A stretch of DNA of 64,000 bases from Klebsormidium nitens (GCA_000708835.1 DF237219.1:1-64000); one strand, 5' to 3'. Counted from the stretch's first letter, positions 23,787 to 38,200 are shown. The notes: generated from the letters alone by a model not told the origin. A program made the numbers and translations.

Positions 23787-24749
23787 GGTCGTGTGAGCAA
23801 TTCACCAGCCCGAGAAGGGAATTGGCTAGTACAGGCCTGATTGAGCACAAGCAAAGAATAGAAGTCCTGCACAACCACCAAATGGAGGCTCTGGTGGGCT
23901 CTGGAAACGCGCCCCTGCCTTGGACAAAAGGCAGACAGCATTGAGCACTGTATTAAAGCTTCATGACTGAGTGCGCGAGGCGGAGATAAGAAGCATGAGC
24001 TGCACGGATTTACGTTTATGATTGACAGGCAGGTAACGAAATTTGTATTTGATTATTGTTCACGTTCATTATCTACAATCGACTGCTTGAGAGCCCTATT
24101 CTGTCTATATGATGGCCAACGCTGATTTCAGCACTGGGTACAGTATTCAAGTGCCACGGACGTATACCCGAATGAAGGCACACATATTACTATTCACTAC
24201 CTAATTAAATAGGTATTATGCAATCTAGGTAAATCATTGGAATCTTCACTGACAGTGAGGCTGATATTAACCATCTGGTGCGCTCAGCATTGCCCATTCA
24301 GTTGAGCTGGCCTAGTGCCTTATGGTGCCATGTCATGGAAGGGCCATGCCTAGCAAGTTAGCAAAGATCATCTTGCTGAAGCCTGATAGTTTGCTACTTG
24401 TTGGGGGCTTATTTGTGCTTTCACGCTGCAGGAGCAGCTGATGACAGTCACCTCCAGCTCAGTGCATTTGGGCAAGGCAAAGTATCTGCTGGCGTCGATC
24501 TGTACAAAGCACAGAAGGGCATACTACTCATGTCTTCATGCAATCAAGCAGCCACTCGCCCTTGCAAGGTCCCGTCCGGAGGAATATAACCTCACCAGCA
24601 TTCTGCATAGACGAGGGCTCTCCAGTCAGTCCTGTAAGAACTTTGCCACTTCTTTGATAGTCCTAGGGGCGGCCAAAGGTAGAACATCATCACGCGTCCA
24701 TGGGAATCTAGATCATCTTGCCACCTTCTGGAAACCTCCTCGTTTCAGG

Positions 24750-26215
24750 ATGGAAGCTGCAGACAAGAAGCATGTGAGGGCAAAGCAGTGGTCGCCAGAG
24801 GGGACAGAAGAGCTCAAGCAGCGCCTGCGAGCTTACGAGGCCCAGCAGCTGTCCTCACTGGTGCAGAAGACGCCCAACCCAGACTCTGCCGGGCTTGAAG
24901 AAGAGAAGAAACCGTCCAAGAAGGCTTCCGTGCTTGTGTTGCTGTTTCAGGGGCCGCAGAATGAGTTGCGGGTTCTCCTCACGGAAAGGTCAAAGGGTCT
25001 TTCTTCACATGGTGGTAGGCAGCCCCCCAGACCAAGTTGTCTAATGGGTTTCTCATTGAGCTGACAATTGTCATGTGTGAGATACATCGTCTCAGCAGAT
25101 TGTACGGTACTGAGTAACCTGGTTCCAAAGTAGTCGGTTTCTCTAAAAGATCTGGGCTCCACAGTTTCTATCACTGGTCAGTGCTGCAGTTTACTTGTCA
25201 CTCCATTGTTAGAGTGCAGATGTCCTTGCTGTCTCTCACAGGTGAAGTTGCCCTTCCTGGGGGCAAGCAAGACGAGAGCGATGCTGATGAAGTGGCCGCC
25301 GCTTTGCGAGAAGCCAAGGAGGAGGTTGGCCTGGATCCAACGAATGTGGAGGTCCTCACAACCTTCGAGCCCTTCCTCAGTAAGGTACAAAATACAGCCG
25401 CCCCAGTGGATGAAGTCTGGGGTCAGTATCCTGGTAACTTGAATAAGGAGAATGCATAGTGTGCTATTTTGAACACTAGATCCCTTGGGGAGTCAGGCTA
25501 CTGACGTGTGCAGTAGACTATCAATTCGAACTCCACTGGTAGCATTTGGTTAACACCCACTTCTGTTGTCGATCTCTTTTACAGCACCTTTTGCTCGTCA
25601 CGCCTGTCATTGGGTCCCCCATAGATCCTGAAAGCTTCAAGCGTACACCCAACTCAGGAGAAGTCGAAACCATCTTCGATGCTCCCCTCGAAATGTTTCT
25701 TGAGGTAAGCAACGCTTCAGGTCTGCCCCCCTTGTAATACACGCTGGCGCTTTTCTACCGAGGAACCACTCCCGTCTGCCAAGAGAAACGGCTCGTAGTT
25801 ATTTGCAGTCACAAGCCCTGCAAACAATCTGCCACCACCAATTGCTTCGTTAGTTGCGTTATGCTCACTCGCTGGACACAGGAGGCTTCTCGGCCTCCTC
25901 GAAGTTTGTACGTATGCAAGCAGGCTTTGGGTGTTGCACTTCATGTTCAAATTGATTCTCTGCTTGCTTCTCCAGGAAGAAGGGCATCGGCATAAGGATA
26001 TCGAGATGGTAAATTTCCCGTTCCGACTGCATTACTTTGACTACACAGACGGCACGCGACAATATAACATCTGGGGCTTAACGGCATCCATATTGATCAG
26101 GATAGCTAGCACAGTTTTCAATAGGGAGCCAGCGTTTGAGGAGTTTCATCCCACGTTACCAAGCTACAGAGAAATTCTCGTTGAAATGTTGAAAAGAAAC
26201 CTCTTCGTCCTGTGA
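24750..26215 (+). CDS. CoA-pyrophosphatase-type Nudix hydrolase (NUDT7/8, plant NUDX11/15/22-like)
   Basis: Four exons give ASVLVLLF..VLLTERSKGLSSHG|GEVALPGG (CoAse motif), the Nudix box AALREAKEEVGL, and IWGLTASILI. An upstream exon is possible. Confidence 0.92.
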
Positions 26216-27338
26216 TCTTGTCAACGTTTTGTTTAGTTAGCTCACTGCTCGTAGCCTAACTTAGTTCTGAAGGCTGCACAACCCTTAGATGTCGAACCGA
26301 AATCTGTGAAAGACGTCCTCGTCACTGTCTCAAAGTAACCGCAATTGTCTACAACCTAGCTGCATGGTAGCTGAGGCTGCCCGCTTATTGAAGTTGACGG
26401 CCTCAGTGCGTTTCGAGTTCGATTTCGGGTTCACGATTGTTGACCAGGCTACTGCACCTGATTCTGCTGAACGTAAGCCAGCGTGTGACACATCATCGAA
26501 TCGAATCAGTTCAGGCGCTTCGGGCTTGTCCGTCTTGCTCGACAATGTAATCGCTGACGAATGCTGCTCCACCGCCAATTCCAGGTCGCTATGACAATAG
26601 ACCTTTAGCCGAATCTGAATATATGAAGCCATGAAACTTCGAGTTGGTTGGAACCCATTCAAATGATTCGAATGATAAGCACAATTCATATGCGTAATTG
26701 AGATCTCGAGCTAATCTTGTGGCGGCGTGGCCATGCTTAAATGGATACATGTCATAAAAGAAGACCTCCAAACGCTGCATGATTGGCATGCAGTGTTGCA
26801 TGAGATGGAGTGCGCTCGCGAGATTGGACTCGGTGTCTGGCGATTATGCACATGAGTCCGTGCACGTTTTAGCCTAGGCAGATGTAGGTCAGCTTAAGTA
26901 TCAATTCTGATTCTGACGCGATCGCGTCCATGCCACAGTTGCCCACGTGTCCAGGTTTCCACTCGCTTGACATCGCTCTTCACCCTCACATAGAATTGGC
27001 CAAATTTGTTGCAATAGTAATGCATCGCATCCTGTGCACTGAGGTTGAATACTTGGACAAACTACGCATGTACATAGCTCCGATTGTGATCCGAAGCCAC
27101 TGCAATTGGATACTAAATATGCTTCGAAGCAATTTCTTGGTCTTACCGGGGTCCCACGTAATCTCAATCGCACATCTCGCGAAAGACGTCACTAGTTACT
27201 GACTATCACAATGGGAATGGATACGCACTTGCTAAACTTCGTCATTCAATAGATACATGAATAAGTTCTCTACTATTTCCAGGTTTAGCAACGCAGTTTC
27301 TCACATGAAAGGTTCGACCTCGTTTGAAACTACACAAA

Positions 27339-28535
27339 TCACGCAAGTACCTTAGAATCTAAGAAGAGTCCCCTTTTCATTTCTATAACCACACGGGTGT
27401 CCACCCCTGTCCTATAGAGTGGTGGCAAGAAAAGCCAATCAGCAGTGAGGAAACAAAATGCTAACGTCAGTCCAATCGCCAACAACCTTGGAAGTTTAGC
27501 AGTAGACGGAAAAGCTGTAAGAACCCATCGTTCAATAATGGTTGCAACTCCGTGCAGAGTAAAGAATGCAGTCATCTCACCCGTCACTGTGTGCGATAGA
27601 TACCAAAGAGCTAGCTCGTGCATTATGCCCGAGACAAAGAATGTTGCCAGTACTGGTAATATTCTCACAGCTAACTTGTTGTTACTTTTTGACGATGTGC
27701 TGACCCGATTGTCTCGATGTATGCCCTGTTCAGGTCCCATTTGCTCACTCGTTAGAGGACGATGGCAATGTCGTTGCTTGAGGTCGAAATCAAGTTGCTT
27801 GGCTGAAGGGTTTTGAAACCCTTCACCTCTTTTGCCACTTGTTAGTTCCAGCAAAGGTTCATAAACAGCCCCCCGCAAAACTCCACTAACCGTTAGATTC
27901 CATCTGCGTGCCCAGAAGTCCGCCAATGACTCGGACAGAAATGGTCGATCAAAATCCGGAAGCAGCTCTATCCCGAGTACCCATGACACTATTGCGGCGA
28001 AGAGATCCATAATGAGCGACGCGAACAAGTACAGGTTGACATAGCAAAAGAAATGGTAAACTAGAGTGTGCAACTGCTCTTTCTTATCCACTATCTGAAC
28101 TGTGACCAGCAAGATTGCCACTTTTAGTACACTTTGACCTAAAAACTTCGAACTGCTTTCTGTTTCCTGTTGGACCATCTTGGAGTTTGGAGTGCGGACC
28201 GTCGACGGCTTTGGATTGATGGGCGAGCAGAGTACAGCCGAAAAGCGAAGGATATTGTCGCTGACTGCAGGGTCTGCCAGGGGACCACGGCCAAACACTA
28301 ACATCAGCAGTTTGAAGGAAGCTAACCAGCTGAAAATGCAGCCCAGTAGTGCGGATGGGATGGTGGCTGTTTGGTAGTCATAGACTAGGACAGGGAGGGC
28401 GAGATAGAAGACGACCACTGGAACTGCAAGAAGGAGCCTAACAGGGAGAGACTTCTGCCGCCTGATGGCAAAGAAAGAGAAGAACGATGTCACTACCGCG
28501 GCGCCCGCAACCCTCACAATAGAAGAGTCCAGCAT
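27339..28535 (-). CDS. MBOAT-family wax synthase / long-chain-alcohol O-fatty-acyltransferase
   Basis: Intronless 398-aa ORF with several TM segments. Motifs: WLASFKLLM..FGRGPL, FDRPFLSESLADFWARRWNL, FFVSGIMHE (catalytic His), FFTLHG. Confidence 0.92.
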   Translation of the reverse strand: MLDSSIVRVAGAAVVTSFFSFFAIRRQKSLPVRLLLAVPVVVFYLALPVLVYDYQTATIPSALLGCIFSWLASFKLLMLVFGRGPLADPAVSDNILRFSAVLCSPINPKPSTVRTPNSKMVQQETESSSKFLGQSVLKVAILLVTVQIVDKKEQLHTLVYHFFCYVNLYLFASLIMDLFAAIVSWVLGIELLPDFDRPFLSESLADFWARRWNLTVSGVLRGAVYEPLLELTSGKRGEGFQNPSAKQLDFDLKQRHCHRPLTSEQMGPEQGIHRDNRVSTSSKSNNKLAVRILPVLATFFVSGIMHELALWYLSHTVTGEMTAFFTLHGVATIIERWVLTAFPSTAKLPRLLAIGLTLAFCFLTADWLFLPPLYRTGVDTRVVIEMKRGLFLDSKVLA

Positions 28536-29253
28536 CTTTTACAGCTGTCAAAGATGGCCCCCGCGATAGCCCCTCTCTACTAACAACCTAGCAAAAAGTG
28601 GTGGTGTTTGATTCCCTTTCCTGTAGTACTTGCTGTCACACCCTCTGCTAACCACTCGTACCACAGGGGCAGCTGATGAGAGGGTGGTGCACAAGAACTT
28701 GACCTTCAAAGACGACGGGCGTCAATACCAACCACTTCCACACCCCTCACCACACTCTCTCACCACTGTCTCACCAATATCCAGGAGAGACAAAGAAGTG
28801 ACCACAGGAAGTGAACCACAGTAAATCCTCACACGAGGCTTCACTCTCCCCTCTCTTCCAATGCCATCCTAACCAACCTTGCGCCGCCGGCCCTTTCGTT
28901 GTGCTGAATCACAACGCCGTCGCTAGCTGTCAAGCTGTCAGATTCCTTGACTGTCTATGTAACCTTTTGGGGTTCAGCATGATGGACCCGGTTTCTGAGC
29001 TAGTAGCTTGCGCATAACCGAACCCTTCAACTGTTTTCAAAACTGCCCGGGTTGTATAGTTCCGAGTCCCTTCTGCTGTACTATCTGCAGCCGGGGTTTC
29101 CATTAAATGATCGGACGGTTGACCGCACCGTTTGAGGTCCACTAACCATTGGCATCGGGTTAGTGTTGTATTACCTAATGCAAGCAATGTTCACCTTGCC
29201 CTGATCAGATTCACTGACAAACATTGCACCTAGCAAACTTCAAGGTGGACACC

Positions 29254-32200
29254 ATGGCGCTGGTCAGCTTGCTCGTCAAGGCTCTCCTCTCCCTCGTCCT
29301 CCTCCTCCCTTTTAGTTCTGCAGCTTGGGAGGGCGAGGCCCAGCTTCCTCCTGATGAGTACAACACGAAGGGGGGCCCTGTGAAGGACAAGCTGAATGTG
29401 CACCTGGTGGCGCATACGCACGACGACGTGGGCTGGCTCAAGACTGTCGACCAGTACTACGTTGGGTCGAACAACTCCATCCAGGTGAGGACTCAAGCCA
29501 ATTGTCAAAGTTGGTGGTGATTAGGTGGCATGCATTGATTGCCCCAACAACATGAATCAGAATTAAGGTGGAAATTGGGAAACATAATGTTTCTTAAAAT
29601 ACTTAAGGGTGAACGCAGCAGCTGGGAATTGTGGTAGGAGCTGCCGAGGCTGCTTGAGAAAACTAGCAAGTGGTACCATTTCTGAGGAAGGTTTCAGCTT
29701 GACATTGTTGATGTTTTTGGTTCCCCAGGGGATGCCAATTTGTGCAATGCATGCCAGGTCAATAATCACAGTATACGCCCGGGTTCTTGACTTGGAAAAA
29801 GCAATTTGTCAACATTTGAGCCAGCCCAGGGCTCTTTTCCACACACTTTGTGGGCTCAAAACTTTGCCCAAATCATAGGCTTGAGCTAAACACTAGAATC
29901 CTTTTTATGCACTCTTGCAGTTTGCAGGCGTCCAATGGATTCTAGACTCAGTAGTCCAGAGTCTGGCGCAGAATCCTGACCGCAAGTTCATCTATGTGGA
30001 GCAGGTGCGTTATACCCTGACATACAATGTTTTGTTTGACATATTTGGCATTTGGCAAATATGGAAATTGAACAAACGCAGTGCATTTCTTCAGTCTCTT
30101 GGGTTGCTCTGTCCCTGAGAATTGTTAGATGTGCCTGTAAATGAGCTTCCTTTTTTCTCTTGTGTCAGCGCTCACCTTTTATTATGTTTCATGCAGGCCT
30201 TTTTCCAACGGTGGTGGCGCCAGCAGAACAAGAAGACCCGCAAAGTGGTTCAGAAGCTGGTCAAAGATGGGCAGCTGGAGTTCATGTAGGGCTTTGCACC
30301 CATTGATAAGCTGGGACTTTATCCATATAGAAGTGCTTACTTCATTCAACTTTGACCGTACGCAATAAAATTGTTCCTGGTGTGCGCAGCTTCAGCTGCC
30401 TCTGCTTTACACTCGGAAAAAGGAATTGCCGGGGGCTTTTTCCAAGACCCGCTCTTGAAAAAAGCTTTGAATGGTTCCTAAACTTTTCAATTTTTATCCT
30501 CTGTTTTCTCCATTAGTATTCTTTTTGTGATTTAACCCTCTTTTTCAATGCCACTTCCTAATCCATTCCTCATTATTTGAGCGGAGACACAAGTTAATAT
30601 TGTGCGTTGTCTTGTGTGTCCAGCAACGGCGGATGGTGCATGCACGACGAGGCCACGACGTACTATGTCGACATGATTGACCAGACTGCCCTGGGCCACC
30701 GCTACATCCGCGACCAGTTCGACCAGTACCCGCGCATCGGTTGGCAGATTGACCCCTTTGGCCACTCCGCTGTCCAGGCGTCGCTGCTCACAGCAGAGGT
30801 CAGACAGCTGCTGTGGTCCTGGGGGAAACTCAGTTGTGAAAGAGTTGTGCAGCTTTGATAGAAAGCAGGCACCTAGCTGAATGGCACTGAAGAAGTAGAT
30901 AAAATTGTTCTCAGATTCTGTCTTGTCAGTGGGCTGCGAAAAAGATTCTTGTATATAAGGATGAGCTAGGCCTTAGAATCCATTTCCACACTGAAGCTTG
31001 ACTTGCAACTTCGTCCCCCCAAAACGATACTGGTGTCCAGTGTCTGCCAAGCTTGACAATCGGTCCTGTCCACATTACTCTACTTTTCTGGTATGCTCGA
31101 GTCATTCAATCGTATGTCTTCCAACAACCGTTGTGTCAGATGTCACGTTTTTTCAGTAATTTGAACAAAAGAAACATCATAAGTCAACATAGTTTGACGA
31201 ATCCTAGCTGCTGTGACACATTCTGACAAGATTCGTTGGGTGCAGCTTGGCTTCGATGGCTTATTCTTTGCGCGCGCCGACTACGACGACGTCAAGAAGC
31301 GCCGGGAGGAGAAGTCCATGGAGATGGTCTGGCGCGCCTCCAAGTCCCTGGGCAAGTCGGCAGAGGTGGGCCGAGAAATCGCCCTGTCTAATCTGCTGGA
31401 GATCAAGATTGAGGACATCTCCAAATCTGGTCGCCCAAGCTAAAGGCCGGTCTTGATCTCGACTCGAAACGCATCAGCGCCCAGAAGACTCACGTTGCAC
31501 GGATTTGTGCAGACATTTGCTGGCGTCATGGGGCACCACTACGATACCCCCGTTGGCTTCAACTTTGACATGTGGTCGAAAGACCCCCCTATCCAGGTGA
31601 GCTCGTCAGCTTCGGTGCTTGACGTCTGGCTGGTCTTTGACGAAGCTGCGAGGGGCTGAGGGACAAAGTTCGATTCGCTACAAGCAACTTCCGGGTCTTG
31701 GCTCAGAGCTGATTCTGCGGATCATAGTAATCCTGCAGTCACTCGTACTCTTTGTCCGAAGGGGAATTAAAATCAAGTGTTTTAGTCCGCCGCCCAGAAG
31801 CCTGTTCTTGTCTTTCCGACTTATATTACAATGAGTCGTGCTTGTGGGAGGGGCCGAGGTTGGGCATGGGCCGCAGGGAAGTACGAGAGCTCAGAAGTTG
31901 ACGCAAGTTGATGCAATTAGGATACCATCTTCTGGGTTCTTTTCGAACTGACATCATCATTTCGCTGGCAGGACGACCCGCGGCTGTACGATGTGAACGT
32001 GGCGGAGCGCATCGAGGCGTTCATCAAGGACAATTTGGCGCAGGCGGCGCAGTTCCGCACGAACAACATCATGCTGTCCATGGGGGCGGACTTCGTGTAC
32101 AGCAACGCCAACACCTGGTTCACCAACATGGACAAGCTCATCCACTACGCCAACAAGGTGACGCAAAAACAGTTGCCGCTTAGCGCAGGCTTGCTCGGCT

Positions 32201-35200
32201 GTCCCATCACTCGAATGACTTGGTTCGGGATTCCGCAGATGAAGCTGTTCAGGGGGGTCTTGCGGAATGCATCTCCCCTTTCTCGAAGTCGAGTAGCAAT
32301 AGGATCCTCCTTGGCGATCTCATCGTTCGCAGGATTGATCATCACAAAGGTTCCATTTTCAACTTTTCCAGGGATCGATAAGAACGCTGTCAAGTTCCCG
32401 TCTCCTCAACACATCCGAAAGTGACGAGGTCTTACGTAAAACACTTATGAGGACTCTGGCCTTGTACTTGTTGCCTCCGGTTCGCAGCTCAAAGCTGTGG
32501 GTCGCGTCTCTTATCGTGCAGGATGGTCGCGTCAACGTTTTCTACTCCACGCCGTCCATCTACCTGGATGCCAAGTACGAAGCCAACGAGACCTGGCCGC
32601 TCAAGACAGACGACTTTTTCCCGTGAGTCGTTTGTAACAGTTTATACATGCTCGCCCTTCTTTCCGGAAAGTACGCGATTATGTGCAGCGAGGCCCCTGG
32701 TCCGCTCTATATTTCGACATCGATCCTCCTCAAGTCATGTCCGAGTTTCGTGTCAACGTCTGCTCAATAATCTTGAAACGCCCACGCGTGAGGAATAGGA
32801 ATGACTTTTCAGAGGAAGCTGTCCAGATTGACCGAAGTGGGCTGCCTCGTCGAGTCGCAAATGAAAAGAAACTCAAAACCTCGGCCCATGCAGGTACGCG
32901 GATTGCCCGCACTGCTACTGGACGGGCTACTTCGCGAGCCGCGTGGGCCTCAAGGGCTACACGCGGGCCCTGTCCGGGTACCTCCAGGCTGCCCGGCAGC
33001 TAGAGTTTCTGGTGGGTCGATCGGCGACAGGGCCCAACACCGACGAGCTGGAGGAGGCGATGGCCATCGTGCAGCACCACGACGGCGTCAGCGGGACGGA
33101 GAAGCAACACGTGGCGGACGACTACGCCAAGAGGCTGGCCATCGGAGCGGCTGAGGTGAGGAAGACGCCCCCTCGACCTTGTTTCACTAGCATGGCATGG
33201 AGATTGCGGTCTCAAGCTGGCAAGTTCTTTTGCGTTGCAATGTCACCTTGATGTCAGCGATCTGTAACGGTTAAGCTCCAGGAGAAGCAATGTGACCCCC
33301 TTGCCCTTCGTGTCTCTATCCTCGATCTGCTGTGGTTGCGTTAGAGCTCTTCACATCGTGCCAAGCGCAGCTGCATCTGCCGGTTCCACAGGAAACAACC
33401 ATCATTAGGGGCCCTGCGAGGAGCAGAAGACGAGGAACCAAATCTCTATGCTTTGGCCCCGGCGATTTTGCATGGAATGGTTTTCTCCCCGCTGCGCAGG
33501 CCGGAGCTGTGGTTGCCAACGCCCTGGTGACGCTCACTGCGGGGCAAAAAGCGGGAGCGAAGGAGGGCCTTTCCTCGTCAGCCGACGGCTTCATGCACGC
33601 CCGTGTTCTTCTGAACGAGAAAGCCGCGCCCCAAGCGGACCACGACTCCGAAGGGCATGCATTCGAGCAGGCAAGCAGAGCTTTCGAGCAAGCAGAGCTT
33701 TTGCTGCTTTCGGGGTCTGGTTGCAATCTGTGCTTTCGCACGTAAGGAAAGCGTCAGTGTCGAAAACCTCCAGTTTGAAAGGCAGCACGCAAATCAGTGC
33801 CGTCGAAAGGCGGTCTTGATTGACCACAGCAGTTGTTCAGTAACCGGTGGCTTCGAGGCTCGAAGGGTGCAGAAGTTCCCGCGTGAGAGGGTTTTCAGCG
33901 GCGTGCCCTTGTCCGGCGCTAACTCTTTAATCGTTTCTTTTCTGATGCAGTGCCCCCTCCTCAACATCAGCAGCTGCCCCATCACCGAGAAGCTCATCGA
34001 GGAGGACACGTCGCTGGTTAGCCGCGCGTCTCGCGCTCTCCGTTATCTTCTCGTCCTGTTTTATCAACATTTGCCACTTGCCATTGAGCGAGGGTTTGTG
34101 CATCAGGAGACAAAAGGACGGTCTTCACTTTTGCGCCTACTGTCTAGGGCCACCCTCGTTTTGGCCTTGCACCGTTTCTGCAGTTTGCCTTCTATTTGAT
34201 CATCTTGAAGACATTCGTGTCCTTGTCCTACCCGGATGGCATTGAGACTTCGCGAGTACGGATTGAGCTGATACAGAAGCAACCTTTCTAAGTACAGCGA
34301 ATGAGCTTTGTAACTCTTTTCGTCTTTCCTTTGGCGTACATTTCCCCTTATTGCTGGTCCGAAAGTCGATCACATAGCCGACTCCCTCGTTTACAGCAAA
34401 ACCATTTCAAACCCCTCCAAACCCCTGTGCCTCTCGCTCGTGTCTGCAGGTGGTGGTTGCGTACAACTCGCTGGCTTGGCCGCGCACGGAGCTGGTGCGC
34501 TTCCCGGTTGCGAGCCAGCTGCTAGCGGTGACCGACATGTACGGCAACCCAGTGCCGTCCCAAGTGGCGCCCATCCACCACGTCACCCGCACCCTCAGGG
34601 CCCGCCACGTGGCAGCCGACCAGGAGGCGCCCTTCGAGCTGACGTTCCTGGCGGGCGTGCCCCCGCTGGGCTTCGCCACCTACTTCCTGGGGACCAAGCA
34701 GGCCGGCCAGCCAGGTAAATTTTATCCACTCAATCTGCAGGGGGCGGGTCGTGGTACACTGGGCTATTAGCCTAAATGTGGGCGATCTCGGTGAGGCTAG
34801 CATTGTCGGCGGCTTTCGGTTGCATGGTTTCTTCTGCTTAACCTGTGCAGCCTCGGATGAATATTGCTATTCTGGATCTTCTTTTGAATGGTTGGAAACA
34901 GTTGGCGTGTTCACTTGCAGTGTATCCTTCGAGATGGGACTGGCATCCTGACATTGGTAACAGCTTGCCCGACTAGACTGGTTCCAGGGCTGAGCTAGAG
35001 GCTTCGAAGGGCTGCGAAGAACATGCTGCTTGTGTATTGTATGAAAATTAGTGACGAAGTGCCGTCTTCTTTCAGGCCTGGCGGCGGTGGCTGTCGAGGA
35101 GCCCGTGAACGGTTTCGGGACAGACTTCGACATCGGGCGCGGCGCATTGAAGCTCACTTTCGGCGGCGACTCCGGAAGCCTGAAACGCATTGCAAACAAG

Positions 35201-38200
35201 CGCACTCAGGCACGTGCAGTCCCTCGCAACCGTTTAGAGCTCTCGTGGGCAAGAAAATCTTCGTCGGTGTATTCTATTGTATGTTTGCTTGCAATCTGCT
35301 GTTTTCTAGTTCGAGTAGGAAGGGAGGCTGCTCTTCTCGTCGAAGGAGAGTTCTGTAGGTGCCTTGCAAAGGTTATTTACAGGCATCACCTCGTGAATTA
35401 CAAGGATGTTCAATCGCACTCACGTACTCCCCTTGCAGACGTCTTTGGGCGTGGTCCACCAGTCGATGTTCTGGTACAACGCCAGCGACGGCAACACCGA
35501 AGCGAACCCGCTGCAGGTGAGAAGGCTTACCAGTCCTTTTGCCGCCGTATACCATGCTTTGCAATTGCACCAGAGTTTTTCGAAGGCCCGCCCCCTGAGT
35601 CGGTGGAATTTGCGCGAGTCACGCTAGAACTCTCGCACGGGCCGAATGCTGACCCTTCAAACGCCCCGAGGGTGGTCAAGGAGCAATTGTCTTTGTGGAA
35701 TGGCCTTCACCTCGCATACAAAACACACTCCTGTCGTTTCTCGTGCGCGCATTCCGCATTTACGATGTTTTCCTTATTTCCGCTCCTCCCTGAGCCGGCT
35801 GTCCGGCTGATTGTCTCCAGTGCCGGTCTCGCTTCCAGGCCTCCGGGGCCTACATCTTCCGCCCCAACTCGTCCACCGAGTATCCGCTCTGGGACACCGC
35901 CGCCGACACCTTCGTAAGCGCCCTTCCAGCTCAGCTTCTACAGAGGGATCCAGCCCACAACCATCCGAAAGCGATAACGCTTGTCTCCAGGCTAGTACAC
36001 GCTTGCTGTAGAAAATGCCTGAGTTGCATCGTCTTCTTTACCCCTGGACAAGTACGCCTAACAGGCCCAGCATGGTGTGTTTAGAAGAACCTCAGTCCGG
36101 CTGCGTTTTGGGCCTGACCCGGAGGTGCCTCCCTACCCCGCCGCTGCTTGTCATTGCTCGCTGACGTGTGTCTCGTGCCTTGTCCAGCCCCGGCTGTCGA
36201 CGGTGCGCGGTCCGCTGTACGAGGAGGTGCGCCAGGAGCTGAGCCCCTGGGCCGTGCAGACCTTCCGCGTCTCCACAGACGGCGCTGATGCCGACGTGCA
36301 GTACACGGTGAGCTGATCAAAGTTTACTAGGTTGCAGACAAGAGTCTTCAATGCACAATCAAATGACGTAAAGCGGTCGGTCCGACGTGTTCTGAACGAC
36401 GGCGATGAGCCGGCTGTCCTGACATGCTCAAGGTAGAGCTGTTGGCAGGAGTCGCAGGACGGATCCAATTCGAGACATCCGCTGCTCTGCCAGAATGTGG
36501 ATGCTGGGAGCTTGTATTGCAGAAGCACGCTCATGCTGAGGGAAAAGAGTAAGTCTTTGGCCCCTAGCACCGTTCCTTGAAAGGTGCGCTTCAGAGAATG
36601 CGGCCTTGGAGTCCGACTCTCGCCCCGTGCTTCCAGGTGGGCCCCATCCCCATCGACGACGGCTTGGGCAAGGAGGTGGTGATGCGCCTCGAGACGGACA
36701 TCCAGAACGGCAAGACCTTCTTCACCGACAGCAACGGCAGGGACCTCATCCAGCGGGTACGCCACCGCCGCGGACTCCACCCGCCCGGTGAATACATGCT
36801 GTGATGCCCGGTTATCAGGTTCGTCAAAACGTGCAAAACGGCTCGAGAGGCTAAATTGTATCCTGAAGGACCGTCCGCTGATAATCCAAACAAGGTTGCA
36901 AAGCTCAGCACACTCAGGAAAGAGGTTGCAATCCAACATGATACACCATCTTTCTGACTGCCAGGTGGTGGACAAGCGGCCGACGTGGAAGCTGAACGTG
37001 ACGGAGCCGGTGGCCGGCAACTACTACCCGGTGAGGAGCCAAGCACGGCGAGCAGCAGTGACGCGCGCTGGGTCGCTCTCTCTCGTTGTGAAAGAGATCC
37101 TACAGCTCCATCCTGAAGCAATTTGGGGCTCAGGATGGTACGTCAGAAATCGACTTACTTTCCACTATACGCCGCAAGGCTTCTGATTCAGCATTTCATC
37201 TCAACCGAGCTACGCATGGAGCAGGACGCATCACCTGATCCTGCTACGCGTCTGGCTGAGCATTTGCGCGGTTTGCCCTTGCTCCTGCCAGGTGAACGCG
37301 GCCATCTTAATCCGCGACGCCGCCACTCAGCTGACGGTGCTCACAGACCGCTCCCTGGGCGGGGCTAGCCTGGCGGACGGCCAGGTTGACGTCATGCTGC
37401 ACAGGTAAGCAAAACATGCAGATACACCGCGGCCACGCCCCAGGCTGGTATAGGCAGAGTAGGCTGGGTCGTGAACCTCAATCTGAAGGTGGACTGAAGG
37501 AGGCAAAGTGGGATGTTGTTGTGCGGTTTGGGTTGCGAAGCAGCCAGTGAGAGCTGCGAGCGGAACGAAAGCTTTGGCCTTCTGAAACATTCGCGCCTTG
37601 TGAGCCGCCTCCGTGGACTGCCGATCCCTCAGGTTGCGAAAGTCTCCTCCTGCTAGCTGGGCGTTTTTACAACATTGCGCTCTGCTGCCTCGGCCTTATC
37701 TCTGATAATTTGCATCATGTGCAGGCGCCTGCTCCATGACGATGCGCGCGGAGTAGGAGAGCCGCTGAACGAGACCGCTTACGGCGAAGGCCTCGTGGTA
37801 AGGACCGGCCACGCTTCGGCACACCCAACATCCACGAAATGTTCTCTGCCGTTCGTACGTGATTCCGTGTAGTTTCGGTTGGGGTCCCCACGTCAAGAAA
37901 TGTTCCATCCTCGTCTCAATCGTTATTAATTGTGGCTGCAAGTCTTTAATGTCCTCCCTCCTGCCTGTGCTGACCTTTGGTTTGGTTGCTTGGCTGCAGA
38001 CGCGCGGCGTGCTAAAGGTCGGCGTCCACCCCACCAACGAGTCCGCCCGCTGGCTCCGCGAGAACGCGCTCCGGGTCTATAGCCCCCTCCAGCTCGCCTT
38101 CACCACGCAGGTAAATGCGTGCCACCTGGGCCCCCGATAAACGAGTGTCAAGAATCTTCTATGCGAATCCATTAGGAAGGGTGTAAAAGGAATCTTATCC

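Noticed and set aside
26300-27300. Several 65-120 aa ORFs between the Nudix and wax synthase genes
   Set aside because: No motifs or consistent splice signals recognised.
35051-35917. 288-aa ORF
   Set aside because: Only its start is a true mannosidase exon; the rest reads introns and off-frame exons.
36151-37121. 289-aa and 176-aa minus-strand ORFs
   Set aside because: Antisense to GC-rich mannosidase exons, with no recognisable motifs.
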